From NCBI GenBank assembly GCA_044892505.1, contig CM097883.1:109988001-110052000 (forward strand): DNA of 64,000 bases, given 5' to 3'. The position numbers were made by a program, and so were the translations under genes. A model generated the notes under the pieces. The model made no database searches and was not told the DNA's origin. It worked only from the letters and a program-made list of their open reading frames with translations. The stretch comes from Schmidtea nova (taxonomy: Eukaryota). Shown here piece after piece: positions 52,401-62,766 of the stretch; position 1 is the first letter of the stretch, and each line of letters starts with the position of its first letter.

Positions 52401-52872
52401 TAATAATTAGAAGATTTAAAGTACAATCAATTTAGAAATTTGTTTATTAAATCCTTTGAGTCACATTTTTATTTTTCTCTATCTCGCATTAAATTAGAAA
52501 AATTCTATTTTAAAGGAACTTTCTTATTGTAGCGTTAATATTACTAATTTGTCTGTATGGTCACACAATTTACATTTTTTGGTTTTTTATTGTAGGATTT
52601 GACCGCAGGTCACGAGTGTCAAGTTAGTAAATATTAATATGTTGCTATTGATTTCAAGCGCTCTGAATATATAGATTTGATTCATATATAATTGATTTGT
52701 ATATACTATTATTTATAGATAATTTTGATGATAATTTTATACGGTTATTTCGATTAATCATTGAATCTCTCTAGGTGGTTACGCATTTTCTCAAGAAGAA
52801 CACGGCGTTGTTAGCCAATCACAATTGATACGTGAATACAATTCAACGATAAAGAAACCCGAGGGTAATTAA
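13070..52872 (+). CDS. ATP8A1: P4-ATPase phospholipid flippase, class 1 (ATP8A1/ATP8A2-like), multi-exon
   Basis: GT-AG exons traced by hand: 13070-13118, 13170-13281, 13324-13423 ([24 protein letters not shown]), 15525-15623, 15678-gap, 16464-gap (LDGETNL), 19778-19905, 19987-20057, 20109-20206, 20256-20364, [22968-23101 or 24380-24507] (PISL), 24819-24896, 33468-33556 (DKTGTLT), 36965-37131, 37182-37264, 37310-37429 (KGA), 40045-40129, 40178-40317, 40366-40504 (TGDKQETA), 40563-40717, 40763-40845, 44132-44240 (GDGANDV), 44284-44547, 44608-44730, 44776-44854, 47928-47989, 48038-48202, 48254-48342, 48393-48494, 48545-48621, [52596-52622], 52775-52872 (GYAFSQEE, stop TAA). The symbol is family-level; the start codon and first intron are least certain. 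Confidence 0.95.
16831..17040. repeat. Palindromic fold-back element, copy 1
   Basis: Near-perfect inverted repeat centred at 16955 (CGTTATA T TATAACG); arms of at least 85 bp; N gaps on both sides. Confidence 0.8.
18548..19082. mobile_element. pogo/Tigger-type MITE
   Basis: Perfect TIRs CCGTATATACTCGTGTATAAGCCGA / TCGGCTTATACACGAGTATATACGG, TA on both sides, internal CGGCTTATATACG subterminal repeats. Confidence 0.85.
20675..21690 (-). mobile_element. Decayed mariner element
   Basis: Minus-strand fragments [13 protein letters not shown] and [20 protein letters not shown]...LVRRW (YSPDLAPSD-like). TA-flanked TIR CGTGGTGGGCTCAATAAG at 20675; a related TIR ends at about 29792. Confidence 0.8.
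22968..23101 (+). CDS. P4-ATPase TM3-TM4 exon, alternative copy A
   Basis: TTTTAG acceptor and GTTAGT donor; phase 1 to 0; (R)[44 protein letters not shown] with no stop. Confidence 0.8.
24380..24507 (+). CDS. P4-ATPase TM3-TM4 exon, alternative copy B
   Basis: ATCTAG acceptor and GTAAGA donor; phase 1 to 0; (R)[42 protein letters not shown] with no stop. Confidence 0.85.
24962..25055. repeat. (ATT)n followed by (AAT)n microsatellite (self-complementary pair); another (ATT)n at about 53170-53247
   Basis: Direct reading. Confidence 0.9.
25316..25684 (-). pseudogene. MULE transposase C-terminal fragment
   Basis: [17 protein letters not shown] resembles the MULE motif PRTNNxxEGWH. Confidence 0.65.
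26115..27583 (-). mobile_element. Penelope-like retroelement remnant (RT plus GIY-YIG endonuclease), 5' truncated and disrupted
   Basis: Fragments SLFTNV...[22 protein letters not shown]...YVDEIF (RT) and [27 protein letters not shown] (GIY-YIG). Confidence 0.85.
30882..30948. repeat. (TA)n microsatellite; others at about 14048-14070, 38762-38818, 43355-43408, 61603-61648 and 62685-62764
   Basis: Direct reading. Confidence 0.95.
34340..35420 (-). mobile_element. hAT (Buster/SPIN-like) transposase remnant
   Basis: [18 protein letters not shown] and [36 protein letters not shown] resemble Buster catalytic and dimerisation regions; frameshifted. Confidence 0.7.
36280..36400. repeat. Palindromic fold-back element, copy 2 (right arm truncated)
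   Basis: TTTGATCTTTTT...GACTATAGATCAAAA...CAGCCTTTATCAAG TGTG TTGATAAAG; same family as 16831 and 46020. Confidence 0.75.
37830..38760 (-). mobile_element. Decayed mariner element
   Basis: Fragments [37 protein letters not shown] and a [16 protein letters not shown]-type C-terminus; abuts a (TA)n tract. Confidence 0.8.
39655..39967. mobile_element. Degenerate pogo/Tigger-like MITE
   Basis: Left end TAGTATTTGCCCGAAAATAAGACGA, internal ATAAGACGA repeats, imperfect right end GTTCCGGTCAATGCGGTA. Confidence 0.45.
41016..42750 (-). mobile_element. Cluster of decayed DNA-transposon (probably hAT) fragments, including a duplicated segment of about 160 bp
   Basis: hAT-type terminus CAGTGGTTCCCAAAG at about 41016; 41130-41280 is nearly identical to 41900-42045. 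Confidence 0.5.
42800..43100 (-). pseudogene. pogo/Tigger (TIGD-like) transposase C-terminal fragment
   Basis: Acidic linker plus ...[18 protein letters not shown] in ORF 42826..43068, resembling Tigger C-termini (recalled, not searched). Confidence 0.5.
46020..46208. repeat. Palindromic fold-back element, copy 3
   Basis: Arms of about 83 bp around a single base at 46103 (TTTATCAAG C CTTGATAAA), few mismatches. Confidence 0.85.
49271..49675. mobile_element. pogo/Tigger-type MITE
   Basis: TIRs CACTGGAACCTCGATTTGCGTCGTT / AACGACGCAAATCGAGGTTCTAGTG, TA flanks, 15-bp subterminal tandem GAAACAACGCAAATC. Confidence 0.8.
51571..51833. mobile_element. Young hAT-type MITE
   Basis: Perfect TIRs CAGCGGTCGGGGAAC / GTTCCCCGACCGCTG and a perfect 8-bp TSD CTCTAAAC (51563-51570, 51834-51841). 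Confidence 0.9.
52596..52622 (+). CDS. Candidate 27-nt symmetric microexon of the flippase C-terminal tail
   Basis: T-rich tract plus TGTAG acceptor, GTTAGT donor, phase 1 to 1; encodes (R)FDRRSRVS. Confidence 0.55.
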
Positions 52873-55043
52873 TAGTGAACATCATACAACAAATATTACC
52901 AACCAGATACACAATTGTAATTAAACGATCTATTTTCAATCTTATTCAAAGGATATCTTTGTTAATTTTAACTACAGTTGCAATTATATGATGTTTTTAA
53001 TACATATATAGATATACATATACAAATGTTGGTCTTTGCAGTTACTATTTCTACTAAAATTGATGAAGTAAAGTTTTTATTGAAATATCTCGTTTGAATT
53101 CGAGCTGTGAGTCTGGTAATCGAAATTGACTGACTGTTTTTATTTATAATCCACGATTCAGTTGACTTGTATGATTATTATAATTATTATTACTATTATG
53201 ATTATTATTATTATTATTGTTATTATTGTTATTGTTATTTTTATTATNNNNNNNNNNNNNNNNNNNNNNNNNNNNNNNNNNNNNNNNNNNNNNNNNNNNN
53301 NNNNNNNNNNNNNNNNNNNNNNNNNNNNNNNNNNNNNNNNNNNNNNNNNNNNNNNNNNNNNNNNNNNNNNNNNNNNNNNNNNNNNNNNNNNNNNNNNNNN
53401 NNNNNNNNNNNNNNNNNNNNNNNNNNNNNNNNNNNNNNNNNNNNNNNNNNNNNNNNNNNNNNNNNNNNNNNNNNNNNNNNNNNNNNNNNNNNNNNNNNNN
53501 NNNNNNNNNNNNNNNNNNNNNNNNNNNNNNNNNNNNNNNNNNNNNNNNNNNNNNNNNNNNNNNNNNNNNNNNNNNNNNNNNNNNNNNNNNNNNNNNNNNN
53601 NNNNNNNNNNNNNNNNNNNNNNNNNNNNNNNNNNNNNNNNNNNNNNNNNNNNNNNNNNNNNNNNNNNNNNNNNNNNNNNNNNNNNNNNNNNNNNNNNNNN
53701 NNNNNNNNNNNNNNNNNNNNNNNNNNNNNNNNNNNNNNNNNNNNNNNNNNNNNNNNNNNNNNNNNNNNNNNNNNNNNNNNNNNNNNNNNNNNNNNNNNNN
53801 NNNNNNNNNNNNNNNNNNNNNNNNNNNNNNNNNNNNNNNNNNNNNNNNNNNNNNNNNNNNNNNNNNNNNNNNTTATTATGATTATTACGTCGAAATTTGA
53901 AAAATCATACAGTGGAAAGTTATTCAAATTCTTTACATTTTGTATGATAAAATTTGTTGAGTCTACGAGTTCTTTCATTATATATTTTGATATTTATTGC
54001 TGCTACTATTATTATTGTTGTTGTGATTGGCAATTATATAATATATGCAATATTTAAATTAATCAAACTCCGTAGAATTTTTTTTTCAATTTGTGTTTCT
54101 GAATCAACATGTGTCATTTGAAATATTGATTTAAAAATAAATGTACATTGTGCCTCTAGATTTTAATATAGAAAATATTGTGGTTCTTACAATAATTCAT
54201 TTTTAATTTATGTTTATTGTTGTCTCTTTAGAAACAATACTGAATTTATTGTTTGTTATGAGTAGGTAGAAGTGCGGTTATTCGTAGGAGTTATTCTTTT
54301 TTCGGGTTGGATTCGGTGTTGTTAGAATTAACATTATATTTAGAATTGTTGGGATAACGAGTCGATTCTCCATTATTATCTTTGATACGTATACATTGAT
54401 ACACTGTCCGTTCATTCACTAGTACGGTGTAGTTTACACAAGCGATTTAATCATTATTTTACACCAAAGTCCCTGCACCAAGTCTTTCTATAATCTTTTT
54501 GTTGGCTTCCAATTTCACATTCTTGTTTTATTCTTTCTATATTGTTAATTATTGCTCTAATTTTCTAGTTTTGTTCTTTGACACATTTCTGTCTATTCTG
54601 ATTGCATTTCTTGACTGAAGCTTCTTGTCGGTTCTTTCTTTTCATTTTCTTTTCCAATGTATTCGTAATGTTCGTCTGGTTCTTGTAGACTTCGTTATTT
54701 TCTAGTCTCTTGCTGTATTTCATTCTGTATTTCTTTATATTTTAAAGTACTATTATTTCCCTGGAGGTAATAATATGGTTATGCATTTGATTTACACTAT
54801 CCATATATAGTCATATCCCGACCTCTATACCACGACTGTTCTTTTCACTGCGTATTGTCTTGTGTTTCTTAATTCTTTCCATTTCTTCTCTTATCTAATT
54901 TTGTTTTGGCTTTATTTTAAATTAGCTCGATTTTTCTACCATTTCAAATATTTCCATTACTTTTGTCATATTGGCTTTTTGCTTTACATGTATTGTATTT
55001 CCAATGGGGTTTAATCTACATTCATATTCCGTGTTAAGTGTGT

Positions 55044-55983
55044 TTAACACTAGAACGCCGGAAGTGGATATTAACCCTCGAACGCCGAAAGTGGTCATCC
55101 ATGACCACGTAATTAATTATACTATAAATAGGGGCTTAAATAGAGCATTAGAGGCAGTTTGTGCACTTTTTAATGAATTAAACGTCTAGGAGATACTTTG
55201 CGCATACAAAAATCATGTATTAGTAGCTAAGCTCCCCTCCTCCACCCCCATACTAGAAAATATATGCATGAATATCCCTGATTTTTTCCTTAACCAATTC
55301 AATGCCGGAAGGGGATAGGGCCATATTTTACTTTTTTAGGTGAAAGTCGATGAAAAGAAATCGAATGGCGGTGTCAGTTTTTGTTCAACGACCCAAAACA
55401 GTTGCTGGCAGAGAATATTCTTGATAAATAACTATTTTATTTACACTTGTGGGATACAATCGTTGCATTGAAATGTTTCTATTTGGGTGTGAAGTCCATG
55501 TTTGCCACAAAACGGTTTGTTGCAGTAGTCACACGCATGTACGTTTTGTTGTAACAGTTTTTTCGGCAACATTTGAAACGCTTTTGCTTTGCCTTCACTT
55601 GTTGGATCATTCTCTCAGATCGTCGTTTCCGGGACTCTTGAACGGGCTTGCAAAGAGCTCTTGCTAGTTCCAACATGAATAGTTTTCTGGGTATGTGATT
55701 CGAAATCTTTGTTTTGTTTGATTTAATACGGTTGAGTTTCATGTTTTCTTGTTTGAATCTTTTTTTCTGGTTTGATTTGTCTATTTTCTGCTTTGACTTT
55801 CTTTGTGACGTGGTTTAATCCTTCATGTTCTGGGTTTTACAGTGGAAGAGCTTGATGATTTCTTGTTTTTTGAAATACATACACTGTTGGGCTGGTGAAA
55901 TCAAAAATAAAATTTTATTAAAAATTATTAAAAATTAAATACATACAATGAGAAACAAAGAGAAACGCACGACTAGACGTTAA
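55044..55983 (-). mobile_element. piggyBac remnant: transposase C-terminal fragment with TTAA-anchored termini
   Basis: RKLFMLELARALCKP...KQKRFKCCRKNCYNKT (degenerate Cys-rich domain). Termini TTAA-CACTAGAACGCCG (55044) and TTAA-CCCTCGAACGCCG (55071); candidate other end GACTAGACG-TTAA at about 55983. Confidence 0.6.
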
Positions 55984-57789
55984 GCAGTAAAATAATGCAA
56001 GGAAAAATAAAAACAGTTAAGTACAATAGTAGTCATACGAACCGCATCTTATAAGTCGATCGAGATAGGGTTGAAGCGATAAAAAAGAGGTATCTCAAGG
56101 GAGAACACACAATTTGAGTGCAGGTCGGATTTACACACGAAGGACCGCACGAGAATTGAATGGGGAAGATCAGTGCTTGTAAAGTGATTATGAAAAGTAT
56201 GATCAAAGAATAAAATCGGTATCAGAATAAAGAAAATAATTTATTAAAAATTATAGAATAAATCCCCATTGAAATATCGCAAAAATTAACAGAGATAGAA
56301 ATGAAAATAGATTTAAAATTAAATTGTTTTAATCAATAAATGCACAATAAAACAATAGATACACACCTAATTTAATAGAATTAAAAACAAATATTTTCGA
56401 AATAAATAAATCAAATTATAAAGTTAAATCTATGAAAGATAAATAAATGCTCACTTATTAAAACTAATAAGTAAGTTTAAATTGTTAATAAATTATGTAA
56501 AAAACAAAATATCTAAGCGTCAGTAAAATTAGTATAAATAGATGCTGAAAAATCACAATCTAAACTTACTTGACATTAATTTACTGAGAGAAAACTTTTG
56601 GTTTTGATTTCGCCAGTCGTGTGGATCGATTTCGAACGAGTATTTTTGTGTTATTTGAGTATTTTTGTGTTATTTGAGTATTTTTGTGTGAGATGTGTTG
56701 GGTAATTTGTTATTTAGTGGTCATAGTAAAGTTTTAAGGCTAAATTTTCCGAAAATAAATATTAAATGATGAGTATTATTGTAGTCATTATATAAAATTG
56801 TTATATAGATATGCTTCCTATGCTGCTAACGCGACGAGGGAGACATAGTCGTCGTCGTGGAGCCTCGTAGCTTCACACGGCGGTTGTACCTTTTTATAAT
56901 TTATGTATTTTGGGATTTTTCGGATATTTTTGAGGTTGCACATAATGAATCGTTACACATAAAGAATAGTTTTCGGTAATTGCGATAGATTTTGAGGGTT
57001 TCATATAGTGATAGGATTTTTGAGTGTTGAACGATAGGTTTTGAGGTTTGCGCATTTTTCAGCGATAATTTTGGAGTTTTACAGGAATTTTACATCTTAT
57101 GTAGCGATTTAATTTCAGAATTAAAATGCTGGCAAGACGAACTTGATCAATAAATTTTTTACGCATAGCGATGCAACGACATAGCGGTGATTTTGAGTAA
57201 AGGAGATTTTCGAGAATTTTTATAAATAAATATAATTTTATGGTGCAGCGCATTATTTTCGGTTTTATATAGCGTAAGGAGTTGGTAGCTAAATCAAATC
57301 TCTATTTAAAAGTCCTTTGTTAATATTTTAAGGAAGTTCAGCGTAGACATTGAGAGAAGAACGCGTAAGACCTTCTAGCGGCAGCGGGAACCCGTGAAAA
57401 TAAATGGGGAGTAGTTCCAGCGTGGGAGCTCACCTGCCCATCATTTTTCAACCACCGCGCGCAGTTCCAACCTAACTAGATAGGGAATAGTTAGGGGCGT
57501 GCGAGTGAGACGATTTATTTTTATGTATGGTTATGGGTGAGGCATCCCTAGTATACTTATTTATGATTATTTGTTTAATTATTATTCATTTATTTATTAT
57601 TAATTATTTAAAACCCACCCATTAACCCAGCAATACATTGGGTTTACATATACTTGTTTTATTACTGGTATATACATTCTTTGACATTTATTTGAATATT
57701 TAATACCCTATTGATATGTATACATTGAATCGATTTTACTTTTTAAATTTATTCATTTTGTTTATTTTTACACTTCATTCTTCACCGCC

Positions 57790-58860
57790 TCATCGTTTAG
57801 TGTGAGAGCTTTTACGGTTTCCACATTGTTTGCAATCTCGACGTATTCTGATGTCGACTCTTGATACTTTCGCTTTTCTTTTTCTTCCAATCAGTTATTT
57901 TTAACATTGCTGATGTTAGTTGGTTTTGAAATCTGGTTATTATTTCTCTTTGTATAATGATTTCTTGTTGATCACTGAGGGTTATCCTTCTTTTATTGGT
58001 TAATTGCATTAGTTTTTTTTTATTTTTCTACCTCAAGATTTTTATAGTTCACTTGAGATTGCTTTCCTGGTTTCCCAGCTGGTTGATTCTGTCCTTTTTC
58101 TCTCTTTCACGTTCCTTAACAGGTTTTGGTTTCTTTGACTTGTGTATTTCTTTTTGTTTTGATTTATTGTCGCCTGATTTATTGGTTTGTTACACTGGAA
58201 CGCTAAATGTCCTCCCTTTCTGCATTGATATCATATTCGTATATATAAGAGTTTCTTTGATTTGTTCTTTCTTTGAATCGTTTTGAAAAATTTGATTTTC
58301 GTAATATCTTTCTGCTGTTGGTTATTATTATCTTTGAATTCGTATTGCTTCGTTTCTTTGGTTGCCTTTGGTTTGATTTCGTTAGCGATTTTTTCCTGCT
58401 GATTTCGGTTTACCTGTTGTTTCATGAGATTCCAATAATTTCTTGCCATATTCCTCTTTCTTCTACAGTTATAACATCCTTGAATTGTACAAGTCTTCTC
58501 TCCTTGTTATTTTGTTCCACATTTTGCACTGATTCTATCTTTGAAGAAATTATTTTTAGAATGTTCTGAATTTTGGCTATTTCCACAAATTTTGCTCTTT
58601 TTATATGTATGCTCGTTTTAATGTTCTTGTTGATTTTCTTTTTTCTTTCCCTTCGTGCTGATTTTCTCCATCCATCTGCATTGTATTTTCAAGTTGTTCC
58701 TCCTTATCTTTGGCTTCTGTCATCTTGTTTATTTCCGAATGCTTTCTGACATTATTTTATGTGACCAGTTGATCTATCGTTATCTTTTCCATTTCTTCAA
58801 TTATTTCGCTTTCAATTATTGCTTTTCTGCTTTACTCTGTTTGGTTCTCAATTTCCATTT
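57790..58860 (-). pseudogene. gag-like ORF remnant with two CCHC zinc knuckles
   Basis: A-rich minus strand. Knuckles CYNCRRKRNMARNYW (about 58432-58480, degraded) and *YQCRKGGHLAFQC (about 58191-58233); several stops. Confidence 0.65.
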
Positions 58861-59584
58861 TCCTTAGCTTATTGTTGGGATTGTTAAAATAAACAGAAAG
58901 TAAAAGTAAAAGGCACAAAAGCTATGTGCAAATCAATAAAAATACAAATTTGGAAAAATAATAATTAAAGTGCAAACATTAATTAAAAATTTATGAAATT
59001 CAAAACTAAAGATTTAGAGGGGAAACTGGTATGGGAGGATGCCAAATGATGAGACGAATTCAAATATGGGTATATAAAATTGAAAACAGACCCCCAGAAA
59101 GAAATATTTAGAAAATACAAATTATTTAAAAATAATTAATTGCCTAATTGGAAACCCGAGCTAATGGAAAACCTGAGCGATGTGGGAAATCTGGGGCATC
59201 AACAAAATCATTTAATTATCCAAATAAATTGGATGAGAAAAGGATGCCCCGGGATAAGCCGCAAACCCAGTTTCAGCGAAATTCAATTAGGCAGCGGCAA
59301 AACCAATCTAATTATTTTATTTTGAATAATCTAATTAAGGCGACAGAATGACATGAAAAGGAAGTATATAAGCTGAGTGCAATTTTCCAATATTGCCAGT
59401 TGGTCGAAGGAAAATTCAAAAAAGTTGAGCAAGAAATCTGAAAGTAGAAAAGGAAGCTGAATCGGTATTTGAAAGGTATAAAGTAACGATCTATCAATTT
59501 CCTACGTACCAGAAAAGGAGATGTCCCATTGGGTCTTATACCTTAACGCAGATTGAAGAACATTTAACTTTCTGTGATTTAGAG

Positions 59585-60290
59585 CAGGGATGAGCAACAC
59601 GCGGCCCGTTAAACATGTTGATGCGCTCCCAAGCATTTCTAAAATTGAATTTATTTTATCGACTTTTTCCCATCAATATATTGTTATAAAATTAATTATA
59701 ATAAAATGTTAGTACATACTAAACCGAAGCAATTTTTTGTGACGAGTTACTCACTTGTCGGCGACTTGTTCAAACATGCAATACGAACGCGCCGCGTCTG
59801 TGTTTGTTTGTGTTTTGCTTCGGTCACACAATCAGTCAGACTGGTAAGCTGTTAACTAGCAATTTTAGCAATTCTTGTGTTTTTTTTGAAAGACCTGCGT
59901 GCAATATTATTGTCAAAAAGGTAATATTAGAGTTTTTTTATTCAAAATTAAGTTTACCTACAAATTTATTTTAACTTTCAAATATTATCCATTATAACAT
60001 GTCGGGAAAGCAAACAAAAAACGGAACGTTGCGGATGAGTACAGGCATTTCCAAGTAAAGTGGAAATTTGATTATTTTTTTCACTTTCGTCAAAGATAAT
60101 GCTGTATGCTTAATATGCTCAGACACTGTGTCGACATTAAAAGAATATAAAATAAAAAGGCATTACGATACAAAACATGAACAACAATATAAAAACTTAA
60201 CAGGACAACTCCGGATAGATAAGTTTAATCAAATGGAGAAAAACTTGGGAAAACAGCAGATTATTTTTAAGAATCAAGAGTAGGGGATAG
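59585..60290 (+). mobile_element. hAT (SPIN/Buster, GTF2IRD2-like) left end with N-terminal zinc-finger fragment
   Basis: TIR-like CAGGGATGAGCAACACGCGGCCCG at 59585; FTFVKDNAVCLICSDTVSTLKEYKIKRHYDTKH. Confidence 0.8.
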
Positions 60291-61599
60291 TGAGCGGTCT
60301 AGCACAAGCCGTTTATCGCTAGACTGTATATATTACGTAATAATTATACAGTTTACCACACACCCATCCACGCCAAATTTACGTTATACTATATATATAT
60401 TGCGTAGTCATTGCATAATACTTTATAGTCTAAGTGGTCGTTGCTTAAGTATTACACAATACTATATATTGCATAATCATTACCTAATACTTTATATGTT
60501 ACGCAATTGTTATGTGACCATCACACATCAGTCTATATATTACGTAATCATTGTGTAACATTTCATATTGTTGGATGACGAGGGAAGACCCATTGAAGTA
60601 TTCAAAATTAATAAGTACTATCAAACAGGTAATAATAAATACCGTATCTATTTGGAAAAAAGATAAATCAAAGAATTAATCAAATCGTTAATCGTCCGTC
60701 TCAATCGTCTCAATCGAATCGTTAACCGAAAAATATTCTAGTGAACAATAAATCTTTAAATATCTGTGCAATCGTTCTATAAACATTTTAAACTATCTAT
60801 CATCTATCATCATCAATCAAACACTTATGAACATCAAAGAACATCGCAAATTAAATCCCCAAAGTCACAAATTCAAATTCTTCATTATCTAACAAACAGT
60901 TCAGCAATACAAATTCCCCATTATTCCTATAAACATTTCATTGAATATCTCAGACTATTTTAAGTGAATTGAAACAATTGATTATGATCATTTATTTATT
61001 TTTATTTGAAAATACTGTAGTTACTGTATTTATTTTATTTTTTATTTTTTATTTATTTGAAAATACTGTAGTCACTGTAGTTAATTATTAGAAATATTTA
61101 TGAAAAGTGATCGCTATTTAAAAATTGAAGTCACGTAGAAATATTTATGAAAAGTACTTTATTTATTGTGATTAACGTGATCGCTACTGATATTTAAAAA
61201 TTGACAGTTGATATTTAAATGATTTGGAAATAAATCGAGATCAGTATATAAAGCAAGGGCAATTTAGTCAAATCGCCAATAAAATTTTTATTAAAATTAG
61301 CGCTTCAGCTCTCTCAAGTGCAAATCTTGACGAGCATTTAACCTAGATCAGTTGATCTACAAAATTAAATTTGAAAGGGACTTTTTGAAGTAAATTGTGA
61401 AATTCTTATTGGGATCATTGAAAATTTGAAAAATTGTAAAATTTCTTTATTGGTAATAATTTTGTTATTTAATAAATTTTTTAAACGAACGTCTTATTGT
61501 CTTATTTAAATAAGAATCACCATCCCCAGTTGGGATTTCAAATACAAATATTTGAGACCTCAACAATATATTACACAATACTATATAAGTTACATAATC

Positions 61600-61650
<51 letters not shown>

Positions 61651-62199
61651 TTATGTAATATTTTATTTATTTGTTGCGTAATATTTTATATATTACGTAA
61701 TTTTGGAAACCTTTAAAAATTACATAAATCACTATTTCTTTCGTAATTGATGACGTAACACTGAAATTTATTAATTTTTATTTTTTTTCATAATTTTTAC
61801 AAAAAATATAAAATAAATTAATTTTTTCAAAATATTTTCCAAAATTTTCAAAAATGATCAGATTTCAATAATTTTTATACCAATATACTGAGAATTCAAT
61901 GGCGAACAAAAAAGGGTCAAAAAGTAAAAACACGAAAAAATTGGTCTTCTCCGTTAAATTTAACATGAAAAAACCTTACTTTGTTAAAAATGGTTAAAAT
62001 TCAAGTACTTTTACATATAAATAATCAGAATTTAACGCTCAACAATGAAAAGTAATATTAACTAAAAAAACAACAAAAAACACAAAGTATTTTAAAAAAT
62101 AAAACTTTATTTAATTAAATCTTCTCATCTTCAGGCAAATTGTTCATCAGATTCAGCAGCATCTTCACGCAACCCCATAACCACATCAATTCCCTTATA

Positions 62200-62681
62200 A
62201 TGTCCATAAGCCAGACTAACATTACCAAGTAGAGAGCGCGCAAGATTCTAATCTAAAGTCTTTTAATCAAAACATCAAGGAAAAATCGAAATGGTTAAAA
62301 GAAGCACGTCTAAAAAGCTAGAATAGACAAAAAACACATCGAATATGCACATGGAGAACGCATTCATGATATAAAACCTCGGTTGTGGAAGTTTAGCATG
62401 TTTGCAGAAGGAAGATTACGATTTTATCTTAAAAATTCGTAAAATTATAAAAGAAAATGATTTTGATCGAAATTGCAACAAATTAAATCAAATTAGAATA
62501 AACTTTAATTCAAAAGTAAAATTTTGGATTAAAAAGAAATTATTTAAAGTTTTATGAAAATTTGATGTAAAATTATTAATTTAGTTTTGCGGAAAATTGT
62601 TGAAATTAATTTCAAGAAAATTAGAAACTCCTTCTAGAACAATTTGTTTTAATACCTCAATGGAAATAAAAAATAAAGAAA

Positions 62682-62766
<85 letters not shown>

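Noticed and set aside
54800-54870. Possible RTE non-LTR motif (LYxxRxxGGRG-like)
   Set aside because: Needs a frameshift to assemble and no RT motifs are found nearby.
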